Source: Elusimicrobiota bacterium
Lineage (GTDB): Bacteria; Elusimicrobiota; Elusimicrobia; UBA1565
Assembly (NCBI GenBank): GCA_043819795.1
Contig: JBDREN010000121.1
Coordinates: 1-33,973, forward strand
Reading direction: 5' to 3'
Length of the DNA stretch: 33,973 bases
Below, one piece after another: positions 1 through 8,939 of this stretch (its first letter is position 1; each line of letters opens with the position of its first letter). The translations under genes were made by a program, and so were the position numbers. The notes under the pieces were generated by a model that saw nothing but the letters and a program-made list of their open reading frames with translations, was not told where the DNA came from and made no database searches.

Positions 1-99
1 GCGGATCTTGATCAGGACGTCGTTCTCGGCGACCTCGGGCTCGGGGACCTCGTCGAGCCACAGCCCCTTCTTCCGGAATTTCTTGACCAGCGCTCTCAT
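1..99 (-). CDS. tdh: L-threonine 3-dehydrogenase, 5' end (gene runs off the left edge)
   Basis: Manual translation gives MRALVKKFRKKGLWLDEVPEPEVAENDVLIKIR, resembling the N-terminus of Zn-dependent Tdh (MKAL.K....G.W...VP.P....ND.LIKIR). Not in the ORF track. Confidence 0.75.
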   Translation of the reverse strand, partial: MRALVKKFRKKGLWLDEVPEPEVAENDVLIKIR

Positions 100-182
100 C
101 TAGCCATATGTATCACATTTTGATGCGCGAGGGAACGCGTCGAACCGTGGATTGTCCGTTATTTTGTAGAATCCGGACATCC

Positions 183-1524
183 ATGGGCCCGTCCATCGCC
201 GATATCCTCAAGGCCATAAGGAACGCGGGCGTCGTCGGAGCCGGGGGAGCCGGCTTCCCCACCCACGTCAAGGCCGCGGCCAAAGCCGAGATCGTCATCG
301 CCAACGGAGCGGAGTGCGAGCCCCTCCTTCATAAAGACAAGGAGCTCATGAAGGCCCACCCCGAGCGGATCATCGAGGGCCTCGAGCTCATGATGCGCTC
401 GACCGGGGCCGGCAAGGGCGTGCTCGCGGTGAAGGCCAAATACAAGGACATCATCGCCCTGCTCGCCGGGATCATCAAGGACCGCCCGGGCCTGGGGCTG
501 CACGCTTTGGGCGATTTCTATCCGTCCGGCGACGAGTTCAGCCTGGTGCACGCGGTGACCGGCAAGCTCATCCCCCCGGGCGGCATCCCGATCCAGATCG
601 GGGCCGTGGTGGACAACGTGGAGACCCTCTACAACGTCGCGAAGGCCGCCCAAAGCCCGGTCACGGACACCTTCTTCACCGTCACGGGAGCGGTCAAGAA
701 GCCCTGCACCATCATGCTGCCCCTGGGCGCCTCCTTCTCGGACGCTCTGGCGCTCGCGGGCGGCCCGAAGGTCCCGGACTTCGCCGTGCTCGACGGGGGA
801 GCCATGATGGGGCGGGTCGTCACGGACATGTCGGAGCCCGTGACCAAGACGACCGGCGGGCTCATCGTCCTGCCCCGCGAGCATACCCTCATCCGGAGGA
901 AGTCGGCCCCGCGGGAACACTTTTCCCGGGTGGGCAAGTCGGCCTGCGACCAGTGCTCGTTCTGCACCGAGTTCTGTCCCCGCTACCTGCTCGGCTACGG
1001 CATCGAGCCTCATCGGGTGATGCGGAGCCTCTCGTTCACGGGCTCGCGCGGGGATCTGCTCAGCGAATGGGCGCTTCTGTGCTGCGAATGCTCGCTCTGC
1101 AGCCTCTACGCCTGCCCCGAGAGCCTGGACCCGAAGAACGTATGCGTGGCGGCGAAAGGCGACCTCCGGAAAGCCGATGTCTCATGGAGGAACGCGAGCC
1201 TCAACTCCGGGAAGCCCCCCTCCGCGCATCCGATGCTGGAATACCGGAAAGTCCCCATCGCCCGGCTTATCAAGCGACTGGGGCTTTCCGATTATCAGGC
1301 GGACGCCCCCCCTCGTCGAGGCCGGGCGCCCGATCCGCAAGGTGAGTATCCCTCTCAAGCAGCACTTGGGGCAGCCCGCGGAGCCGGTCGTCTCCGTCGG
1401 GGAGAAGGTGGCCAAGGGACGCCTGATCGCGGACCTCCCCGCCGACAAGCTGGGCGCCCCGATTCACGCCAGCATCGGCGGTGTGATACAATCGGTTGAT
1501 TCGGCGGTCACCATCCAAGGATAA
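183..1524 (+). CDS. pduS: PduS/RnfC-like flavin and Fe-S protein (BMC-associated cobalamin reductase family), interrupted by one extra C in a C7 run at 1306-1312
   Basis: AGVVGAGGAGFPTHVK and NGAECEPLL motifs, SLBB region, and two 4Fe-4S motifs (CDQCSFCTEFCP, CCECSLCSLYACP). The C-terminal domain (KVSIPLKQHLGQPAEPVV...GAPIHASIGG) is in another frame ending at 1524. Removing one C joins the two frames. Confidence 0.85.
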
Positions 1525-1527
1525 GGC

Positions 1528-2076
1528 ATGGACAACGCGATCGGCGGCGTCGAGACCAGCTCCATGGCCAAAGGCCATGACGTCTCCGACGCCATGCTCA
1601 AGACGGCGCCGGTGCGCCTGCTTTTGGCCAGGACCATCTGCCCGGGCAAATACGTGGTCCTGGTGGCGGGAGAGGTGGCCGCCGTGGCGGCCAGCGTGGA
1701 GGCCGGCGCCGCGCGAGCCCAGCACTGCTTGGTGGACAGCTTCGTCATACCCAGCATCCACGCCGACGTCTTCCCGGCCATCGAGGGCACCGCGCAGGTC
1801 GCGGACCTGGAGTCCCTCGGCCTTTTGGAGACGTTCTCGGTGGCCTCCCTCATCGAAGCGGCCGACGCGGCCGTGAAATCGGCGCCCATCCGGCTTATCG
1901 AGATAAAGCTCGCCATGGCCATGGGGGGGAAGGGCCTGGTCCTATTCACCGGCACGGTGGCGGCCGTGGAGACCGCCGCGTCCGTCGGGGCCGAGAACGC
2001 CGGCAAGAAGGGCCTTCTCGTGGAAAAGGTCGTCATCCCCCAGCCCCGGCCCGAGCTCCTGCGCGAACTCATCTAA
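1528..2076 (+). CDS. pduT: Tandem-domain BMC shell protein (BMC-T, PduT-like)
   Basis: Two BMC domains (AIGGVETSSMAKG..DAMLK and LGLLETFSVAS.IEAADAAVK). TICPGK carries Cys38, the Fe-S ligand position of PduT. Starts 3 nt after the pduS stop. Confidence 0.9.
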   Translation: MDNAIGGVETSSMAKGHDVSDAMLKTAPVRLLLARTICPGKYVVLVAGEVAAVAASVEAGAARAQHCLVDSFVIPSIHADVFPAIEGTAQVADLESLGLLETFSVASLIEAADAAVKSAPIRLIEIKLAMAMGGKGLVLFTGTVAAVETAASVGAENAGKKGLLVEKVVIPQPRPELLRELI

Positions 2077-2080
2077 ACAG

Positions 2081-2137
2081 GCGCGGCAGGAGATCCTAGA
2101 CTTGAATCTCCTGCCGTGCGCGACCTTACGGGGTCGC
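2081..2137. terminator. Two hairpins between convergent genes
   Basis: GCGCGGCAGGAGAT (2081-2094) pairs with ATCTCCTGCCGTGC (2106-2119), followed by GCGACC..GGTCGC. No strong U-tract. Confidence 0.5.
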
Positions 2138-2155
2138 TTACATCCGCCGCGGCTG

Positions 2156-3514
2156 TCAGAACCGCACGTCGGAGCGGAACTGCGTGGTCCGGACCGGACG
2201 TCCCATCTCGTCGAAGGTCTGCTTCATGACCCCCACGATCCGCAGGTTCGCGTTGGGCATGTAGGCGATCTCGCTGGTGATGATGGTGTCCGGCCCCCGG
2301 GTGCGGCCTATGAAGCTCCACTTGTCCACGTTGCGCTGCTCGTACCTCGAGGCGAGGCTGAACTTGCCCAAGAGCAGCGACGGGTCGGTCCGCGCCTCCG
2401 CGCGCACGCGCGGGTACTGGGCGAGCGGGTCCACGTTCAGGCTCTCGTAGGAGCCGCCCACCGTCACCTTGCCCAGGATGTCGGCGAAGAGCTCGACGAG
2501 CGGGCCGGTCCGCCGGGGGCTCGCCGTCCCCGCGATCGTGTCGGCCTTGTACGCGCCGGACGTGAAGCGGTCGATGTCGTAGTAGCCGTCGAAGAAGTTG
2601 GGCACGAAGTTGTTCTCGATGGAGCGCATCTCGGCCCGGGCGTCCAGGAAGAACACCTTCGCGCCGAGCCCGGCGGCCAGGCCCTTCCCGTAGTTCTTGC
2701 CGCCCGTGGTGGTGTAGCGGGAGCCGAGGTGCATCACGGCGCCGTCCGCGTAGAGCTTGGCGCTGAGATTCTCCTGTTTCAGGATCGGCAGATCCAGGTC
2801 CACGCCGTAGACGCTCACTTGGTCGTTTTGGGTCCCCTTGTTGTCGTCGGGGTCCCGGTCCGTCACCCCGGTGAGCCCGATCGCCATGCCCTCGAGCACC
2901 GGCAGCCCCCCGCCGTGCATCGGCCGCGCGTAGACCCGGCCTCCGAGCAATGTCGCGCGCCGGACGTCGGTCAAGACGGACTCGAAGCCGACCCAGCCCG
3001 CGTCCAGGTCCAGCAGGGCGCCCACTTTCCGGACGTTGGGATAGTCGAGGCGGTTGGTGTAGCCGCCCATGATGAAGCCGTGTCCGATCGTGGTGTTCGC
3101 GAGGCCGCCCAGGCGCGCGTACACGGGCTTTTCCCCCTTACTGCCCCAGCGGGCGTACCAGATCTTGCTCACGAAGTCCTCGGCCGTGTCCCAGTCCTCC
3201 TCGCGCGCCTTCCCGTCCGAATCGAAGTACACGAAGAGGTCGAGCCCCACCCCGAGCTTGCCGAAAGCCAGCTCCGGCTGCAGGGAGATGGTGTTGAAGA
3301 TCTCCGTCTCCCCGGTCCGGGGGTTGGTGATGGAGGCGGCGCCGACATTCCCGCCGAGATCGAACTTCCAAGGATCGCCTCCCTCCTCGGCCATGCCGAT
3401 AGGCTGAGGCTCCCCGATGGGCATGGTGTTCTTGCTGCAGAGCTGGCCCAGGACCGCGCCCGGAAGCGCGCCGAGGAAAGACGCCGCGAGGATACACGCG
3501 CACAATCTCTTCAT
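2156..3514 (-). CDS. Hypothetical outer-membrane beta-barrel protein
   Basis: N-terminal signal peptide, many amphipathic beta-strand patterns, terminal Phe (SDVRF), and a GGAGG SD upstream. Confidence 0.65.
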   Translation of the reverse strand: MKRLCACILAASFLGALPGAVLGQLCSKNTMPIGEPQPIGMAEEGGDPWKFDLGGNVGAASITNPRTGETEIFNTISLQPELAFGKLGVGLDLFVYFDSDGKAREEDWDTAEDFVSKIWYARWGSKGEKPVYARLGGLANTTIGHGFIMGGYTNRLDYPNVRKVGALLDLDAGWVGFESVLTDVRRATLLGGRVYARPMHGGGLPVLEGMAIGLTGVTDRDPDDNKGTQNDQVSVYGVDLDLPILKQENLSAKLYADGAVMHLGSRYTTTGGKNYGKGLAAGLGAKVFFLDARAEMRSIENNFVPNFFDGYYDIDRFTSGAYKADTIAGTASPRRTGPLVELFADILGKVTVGGSYESLNVDPLAQYPRVRAEARTDPSLLLGKFSLASRYEQRNVDKWSFIGRTRGPDTIITSEIAYMPNANLRIVGVMKQTFDEMGRPVRTTQFRSDVRF

Positions 3515-3551
3515 GATTCCCTCCGATCCTTCAAGATGCGTTTCGTTCCCT

Positions 3552-4958
3552 TCATGAACGGCAGTACTTGTCGATCGACCCGGCCGCCCTGTGGCCCGCG
3601 GCCACCGCGGCGACGACCGTCGCGGGACCGGTCACGGCGTCCCCGCCCGAGAAGATCCCCGGCTTGTTCGTCTGCATGGTCTCCTCGTCCACCACGAACG
3701 AGTCCCATTTCGAGATGTCGAGCCCGTGCCCCTCGGGCAAGAACGAGATGTCCGGCCGCTGGCTTATGGCGGGGATGATGACGTCCGCCTCGATCCTGAA
3801 TTCGGAACCCTTGACCGGGACGGGGCGCCTCCTGCCCGAGGCGTCCGGCTCCCCGAGCTCGCACTGAATGACCTCCATCCCGGTCACCTTCCCGTTCTCG
3901 CCGAGGATCCTGACCGGGGCGGCGAGGTAGTGGATCTTCACTCCCTCCTCCTCGGCCTCCTCGATCTCGGTGTCATTGGCCGGCATCTCCTTGCGGGACC
4001 TCCGGTAGACGATGTGCACCTCGTCGGAGCCCACGCGCAGGGCGGTCCTCGCCGCGTCGATCGCGGAGTTGCCGCCGCCGATGACGAGCACCTTCCGGCC
4101 AGGCTTGGCCTTGTCGCCGAGATTGACTTTGGCCAGGAACTCGAGGCAGTCCAGGAAGCCCTCATAATCCCCCTCGCCCGGGATGCCCATCTTGAGCCCG
4201 ACATAGGCGCCCACGGCCACGAACACCGCCTTGAACCCTTCCTTCAAGAGCCCCTCGGGGGTGAGGTCCTTCCCGAGCGGGCTGCCGTACTTGAGCTCGA
4301 TCCCCAAAGACTCCAGGTCCGCCACGAAATCCATGATGACCTCGCGGGGCAGCCGGTACTCCGGGATACCGAGATGGAGCATGCCCCCCGGGCCCGAGGA
4401 CCTCTCGAACACCGTCACCTTGTAGCCTTTCCTCGCCAGATCGTACGCGCAGGTGAGGCCGGCGGGACCGGCCCCGGCCACGGCCACCTTGCCGAGGTCC
4501 ACGCCGGCCGGGGGCGTGGGCCTGGGGATCTCTCCCCGCTTCTTGAGCATCCTCTCCATGTCCCCGAGGTATCTCTCGATCTGGTTGATGTTCACGGGGT
4601 CCGCCTTCTCGCCCCGCACGCACGTGACCTCGCACGGGTGCGGACACACCCGGCCGAGGATCGCCGGCATGGGGTTGGTCTCCTTCAGGACGGCGATCGC
4701 TTCCTTCAGCTTGCCCTCCATGAGGAGATCCATATACTTGTACATCTCGTTGTGAAGGGGGCAGTTGGGCAGGCACTTCGGCTTCTTGCAGAGGATGCAC
4801 CGGAAGACCTCCTGGTCCAGGTCCTCTTCGGACATGCCCAGGTTGACCTCGTCGAAGCTCTTGGCCCTGGCCGCCGGGTCGAGATGTCTCGCCTTGCGGC
4901 GGGGGATCTTCATCCTCCCCTTCATGTCTTTCTTGTCGGGTCTCTCTGAAGACGTCAT
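3552..4958 (-). CDS. GltD/NfnB(SudA)-like NAD(P)H-dependent FAD/Fe-S oxidoreductase
   Basis: CILCKKPKC...CP and GRVCPHPCE..C Fe-S motifs, GAGPAG (FAD), GGGNSAIDAAR (NADP), and GGDAVTGPAT. The start at 4958 fits the AAGGA SD spacing better than 4967. Confidence 0.9.
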   Translation of the reverse strand: MTSSERPDKKDMKGRMKIPRRKARHLDPAARAKSFDEVNLGMSEEDLDQEVFRCILCKKPKCLPNCPLHNEMYKYMDLLMEGKLKEAIAVLKETNPMPAILGRVCPHPCEVTCVRGEKADPVNINQIERYLGDMERMLKKRGEIPRPTPPAGVDLGKVAVAGAGPAGLTCAYDLARKGYKVTVFERSSGPGGMLHLGIPEYRLPREVIMDFVADLESLGIELKYGSPLGKDLTPEGLLKEGFKAVFVAVGAYVGLKMGIPGEGDYEGFLDCLEFLAKVNLGDKAKPGRKVLVIGGGNSAIDAARTALRVGSDEVHIVYRRSRKEMPANDTEIEEAEEEGVKIHYLAAPVRILGENGKVTGMEVIQCELGEPDASGRRRPVPVKGSEFRIEADVIIPAISQRPDISFLPEGHGLDISKWDSFVVDEETMQTNKPGIFSGGDAVTGPATVVAAVAAGHRAAGSIDKYCRS

Positions 4959-4989
4959 CGCATCCATCCTTTCGGAAAATTCCGCTCAA

Positions 4990-4998
4990 ATCTTAGCA
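4990..4998 (-). promoter_or_regulatory. Putative extended -10 promoter for the GltD-like gene
   Basis: TGcTAAGAT on the minus strand about 30 nt upstream of the start. Confidence 0.45.
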
Positions 4999-5006
4999 AA
5001 GGATAA

Positions 5007-5082
5007 GGCGTCAGGTGTTAACTTTGTTAACTAACTCCCCGGGGGCAGGTCCGATTAGTTAACAAAGTTAACACCTGACGCC
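5007..5082. repeat. Perfect 28-bp inverted repeat with 20-nt spacer (REP-doublet-like element, copy 1)
   Basis: GGCGTCAGGTGTTAACTTTGTTAACTAA (5007-5034) is the exact reverse complement of 5055-5082. Confidence 0.9.
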
Positions 5083-5120
5083 AAAAAGACCGGGGGCCCG
5101 CTGGGGCCCCCGATCCTTTT
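5083..5120 (-). terminator. Rho-independent terminator of the citrate synthase gene
   Basis: 9-bp GC stem CGGGGGCCC/GGGCCCCCG with a 4-nt loop. A5 at 5083-5087 gives the U-tract on the minus strand. Confidence 0.8.
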
Positions 5121-5138
5121 CCGCCCGACGGGAACGGT

Positions 5139-6464
5139 TTACGCCCCGACCGGCTCCTTTTGCGCCTTCTGGGCGACCTCTTCGAGCATCGCCGTGGTCA
5201 GCGACTTGGGGCGCTCGAGCGGATAGCCCAAAGCGCGGTCCCATACGATGTTGCAGCACACGCCGAGGGCGCGGCCGATGCCGAATAGCACCGTGTAGAA
5301 GTCGTACTCCTTGACCCCGTAGTACCACTGGATGACGCCGGACTGGGCGTCCACGTTCGGCCACGGGTTCTTGGCCTTGCCCTGTTCGACCAGGATCGGC
5401 GGCGTCACCCTGTAGAGCATGTCCACGTACTTGAAGATGGGATCGTCGGGGAGATGCTTGAGGCAGAACTCGCGCTGCGCCATGTAGCGCGGGTCCGTCT
5501 TGCGCAGGACCGCGTGCCCGAAGCCCGGGATGACCTGCCCGCCCTTCAGGGTGTCCCACACGAACTTCTTCATCTCCTCCTCGGTCGGCGTCTTGCCGCC
5601 CATCTTGTCCATGACGCCCTGGATCCAGCGCAGGACCTCCTGGTTGGCCAGGCCGTGGAGCGGCCCCGCCAGCCCGTCGACCATGGCCGACAGCGCGTAG
5701 TAGATGTCGGAGAGCGCGCTCGACACCAGGTGTCCGGTGTGGGCGCTGACGTTGCCGCTCTCGTGGTCGCTGTGCAGGATGAAGTAGAGCCGCGACACTT
5801 CGTCGTAAGGCTTGTCCACGCCCATCATGTGCGCGAAGTCGCCCCCGAAGTCCAGGTTCGGATCGGAGGGGATGATCTTGTCGTCCCGGTACTTCAGCCT
5901 GAAGATGTGCGCGCCGATCTCGGGAAGCTTGGCCAGGAGGTTCATGGCGTCTTCGTAGGTGGGGTCCCAGTAGTCCATCTTGCTGAGCCCCTCGCTGTAC
6001 TTCTTGGCGTACACCGACTCCCTCTGCATGGCCAGGATCGCCGCCGAGAACATGGTCATGGGGTGCGTATCCTTAGGCATCGCGCGGATCACGTTCCAGA
6101 CGTACTGCGGGACCTTCTTGCGGGCCTTGAACTCCTCGGCGATCTCCTTGACGTCCTCATCGGTGGGGACGTCGCCGGTAAGCAGCAGGTAGATGAAGCC
6201 CTCGACGTACGGCATCTCGCTGCCGGGGACCTTGGGGAGCTTCGCCAGCGTCTCCGGGATCGTGAAGCCCCGGAAGCGGATGCCCTCGACGGGGTCCAGG
6301 TACGAGATGTCGGTGACCAGGCTCTTGATGCCCCGCATGCCGCCGATGGCCTGCGCGATCGTCACGTCGCCGAGCTTGACGGCCCCGTGCTCTTTAAGCA
6401 GCTTGGTCGTCCGAGGGCGCCAGCCCTTGATCTTCTCGAATAGCTTCTCCTTCAATTTGGACAT
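5139..6464 (-). CDS. gltA: Citrate (Si)-synthase, eukaryote-like (Geobacter-type) clade
   Basis: GGMRG, LHSDHESGNVSAH, LAGPLHGLANQEV, PGFGHAVLRKTDPRY and NPWPNVDAQSG motifs. AGGAGG SD before MSKLK. Confidence 0.95.
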   Translation of the reverse strand: MSKLKEKLFEKIKGWRPRTTKLLKEHGAVKLGDVTIAQAIGGMRGIKSLVTDISYLDPVEGIRFRGFTIPETLAKLPKVPGSEMPYVEGFIYLLLTGDVPTDEDVKEIAEEFKARKKVPQYVWNVIRAMPKDTHPMTMFSAAILAMQRESVYAKKYSEGLSKMDYWDPTYEDAMNLLAKLPEIGAHIFRLKYRDDKIIPSDPNLDFGGDFAHMMGVDKPYDEVSRLYFILHSDHESGNVSAHTGHLVSSALSDIYYALSAMVDGLAGPLHGLANQEVLRWIQGVMDKMGGKTPTEEEMKKFVWDTLKGGQVIPGFGHAVLRKTDPRYMAQREFCLKHLPDDPIFKYVDMLYRVTPPILVEQGKAKNPWPNVDAQSGVIQWYYGVKEYDFYTVLFGIGRALGVCCNIVWDRALGYPLERPKSLTTAMLEEVAQKAQKEPVGA

Positions 6465-6510
6465 TAAGGTCCTCCTGCGCTGGGGATATGGGTCTTGCCG
6501 TCGTATATTC

Positions 6511-6540
6511 AATGTACGTAACTTTCGGTCGGGCCGTCAA
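6511..6540 (-). promoter_or_regulatory. Putative sigma70 promoter of gltA
   Basis: TTGACG-N18-TACATT on the minus strand. Confidence 0.6.
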
Positions 6541-6543
6541 GCC

Positions 6544-6570
6544 GGCGCCGCAGGCTTGCCCTGCGGCGCC
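6544..6570 (-). terminator. Hairpin downstream of the xanthine dehydrogenase-family operon
   Basis: Perfect 11-bp stem GGCGCCGCAGG/CCTGCGGCGCC with a weak U-tract. Confidence 0.5.
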
Positions 6571-6611
6571 CAGTCCGCTGCGTTATCGGGAACTCCATCG
6601 CAAGAGTGCCG

Positions 6612-8939
6612 TTAGCCTTCCAGCTCCTGGATCGCTCTCCAGACCTTCTCGCGGGTGAACGGCGGCCGGCGCAGCCTCACGCCCACGGCGTTGTGGATGG
6701 CGTTGGAGATGGCCGGCATCGGCCCGTTGATGCAGATCTCGGAGACGCTCTTGGCCCCGAAGGGACCCGTCTTCTCGTAGCTCGGCACCAGGATCGTCTT
6801 GATCTCCGGGATGTCGCGCATCGAGAAGATGCGGTAGTCCAGCAGGGTCGGGTTGGTCACCCTCCCCTTCTCGTTGAAGAGGTACTCCTCGGTGAGCGCG
6901 AAGCTGATGCCGTTGAGCAACCCCCCCTCGGTCTGGCCCTCGGCCAGCTTGGGATTGATGGCGGTCCCGCAATCCACCGCGGCCACGTACTTGATCACGC
7001 GCACCTTGCCCGTGAAGGTGTCCACCTCCACCTCGGCGAAATGCGCCGAGAAGGGCGGCGGGGACTTGTGGGTGATATGGGAGGCCATGTCCCCGATCTG
7101 GAACTGGTTGGCGGCGTACAAGGACCGGAGCGCGATGTCCGCGAAGCTCACCTCCTTGCCGCCGTCCTTGGTCACGGCCTTGGAGTCCTTGAGCTCGAAC
7201 TCCGAGGGCTTCCTCCCCGTCATCTCCGCGGCGACCTCGATGATCTGCTTGCGCACCTTCATCGCGGCCTTCTGCACGGCCGTTCCCGTGAGGTACGTCG
7301 TGCTGGACGCGTAGGCCCCGACGTCGAAGGGCGTCAAGTCCGTGTCCGAGGAATAGACGATGATCCTGTCTATGTCCGTGCCCAGGACCTCGGCGGCGAT
7401 CTGGGCCAGGATCGTGTCGCTGCCCGTGCCCAGGTCCGTGGCGCCCATCAGGAGGTTGAAGGAGCCGTCGTCGTTCATCTTGAGGGAGGCCGCGCCCATA
7501 TCGATCTCCGGCACGCTCGAGCCCTGCATGAGGCAGGCCATGCCGATGCCGCGGCGGATCCGGCCTTTCTTCTTCGCGTGGGGCTTCCTGCTCCTCCATC
7601 CGATCTCCTTGGCGCCCACGCGGATGCACTTGTCGAGCTCGCAGCTGTCGATCGTCTGCTCCACTCCCTCCTTGCCCTCGCCGAGTGCCTCGAAGACCGG
7701 GGAACCCTCGCCCTTGCGGATGTGGTTCCTGCGCCGGAACTCGAGCGGGTCCATCCCGATCGCCTCGGCCAGCTCATCGACGAGCGACTCCAAGGCGAAG
7801 GCCGCCTGGGTGGCGCCGTAGCCGCGGTACGCCCCGGCGACGGGAAGGTTCGTGTAGACCGTGGTGCCGGAGAACCGTATGTTCTCCGTGCGGTACAGCG
7901 GAAGGGCCTTGCTGCCGCAGTTGCAGACCACGGTCAGCCCGTGCGAGCCGTAGGCCCCGGTATTGGAGAGGACGTCCATGCCCAGCGCCTTGATGCTCCC
8001 GTCCTTGTCCGCCGCGCCCCGCATCCGCACCCTCTGGGGGTGCCGCGTGCGGCTGCTCACGAACTCCTCCTCGCGCGTGTACTCGAGGAGCACGGGCTTG
8101 TCGGCCCTCAAGGCGAGCATGCCCGCCAGGTCCTCGAGCAGGACCTCCTGCTTGGTCCCGAAGCCGCCGCCGATCCTGGGCTTGATGACGCGGACCTTGC
8201 GGACCGGGATGTCGAGGGTCTGGGCCGCGATCCGCCGGGCGTGGAAGGGGACCTGCGTGCTCGTGACGATCACCAGGCGCCCGCTGGAGTCCGGATACGC
8301 CAGCGTCACGTGCGGCTCCATGGGCGTGTGGTGGGCGTAATGGGTCTCGAAGGTGCGGTCGAAGCTGACGTCGGCCTCCTTGAGCGCCTTGTCGATGTCC
8401 CCCACGTTCATGTCCACCTTGGCCACGATGTTCTTCTCGGGCTCGTAGGGCACCGGGATGGGGATCGAGGCGTCCGGCTCGTCGTGGATGACGGGCGCTC
8501 CCTCTTTGAGAGCCTCGTCGATGGAGAGCACGGGCTCGAGCACCTCGTACTCGACCTTGATCGCCTCGACGGCCCGCTCGGCGATCTCGGCGGTCGTCGC
8601 CGCCACCGCCGCCACGCGGTCGCCCACGTGGCGGACCTTGTTGTCGAACAGGAACGTGTCGTAGGGCGAGGGCTCGGGGTAGCCCTGCCCCGCCGTGGTA
8701 TGGGGGATCCTCGGGACGTTGCCGTGGTGGAGGACGGCCTTGACCCCCGGCATGCTCTCGGCGGCGCTCACGTCGATGGACTTGATCCGGGCATGGGCGT
8801 GCGGGCTCCAGAGGACCTTGGCGATGAGGGCGTCCTCGGGCGCCAGGTCGGCCACGTAGAGGGACTTGCCCAGGGCCGCGGCGAGGGCGTCCTTCTTCTC
8901 GACGGACTTGCCGACGACGTTGAACTTTCTAGCGGCCAT
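6612..8939 (-). CDS. Xanthine dehydrogenase-family molybdopterin-binding subunit (XdhD/YgfN-like)
   Basis: SPHAHARIKSID, STQVPF, IGGGFGTKQE, AYRGYGATQ, DLGTGSDT and GAKSVSE (catalytic Glu) motifs. Confidence 0.93.
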   Translation of the reverse strand: MAARKFNVVGKSVEKKDALAAALGKSLYVADLAPEDALIAKVLWSPHAHARIKSIDVSAAESMPGVKAVLHHGNVPRIPHTTAGQGYPEPSPYDTFLFDNKVRHVGDRVAAVAATTAEIAERAVEAIKVEYEVLEPVLSIDEALKEGAPVIHDEPDASIPIPVPYEPEKNIVAKVDMNVGDIDKALKEADVSFDRTFETHYAHHTPMEPHVTLAYPDSSGRLVIVTSTQVPFHARRIAAQTLDIPVRKVRVIKPRIGGGFGTKQEVLLEDLAGMLALRADKPVLLEYTREEEFVSSRTRHPQRVRMRGAADKDGSIKALGMDVLSNTGAYGSHGLTVVCNCGSKALPLYRTENIRFSGTTVYTNLPVAGAYRGYGATQAAFALESLVDELAEAIGMDPLEFRRRNHIRKGEGSPVFEALGEGKEGVEQTIDSCELDKCIRVGAKEIGWRSRKPHAKKKGRIRRGIGMACLMQGSSVPEIDMGAASLKMNDDGSFNLLMGATDLGTGSDTILAQIAAEVLGTDIDRIIVYSSDTDLTPFDVGAYASSTTYLTGTAVQKAAMKVRKQIIEVAAEMTGRKPSEFELKDSKAVTKDGGKEVSFADIALRSLYAANQFQIGDMASHITHKSPPPFSAHFAEVEVDTFTGKVRVIKYVAAVDCGTAINPKLAEGQTEGGLLNGISFALTEEYLFNEKGRVTNPTLLDYRIFSMRDIPEIKTILVPSYEKTGPFGAKSVSEICINGPMPAISNAIHNAVGVRLRRPPFTREKVWRAIQELEG

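Noticed and set aside
108..182. N-terminal extension of pduS in the ORF track
   Set aside because: It spans the AT-rich divergent promoter region, and homology starts near Met 183.
5007..5082. Integron attC sites (AAC/GTT cores) for the two inverted repeats
   Set aside because: No RYYYAAC/GTTRRRY termini, no extrahelical bases, and no cassette array or integrase.
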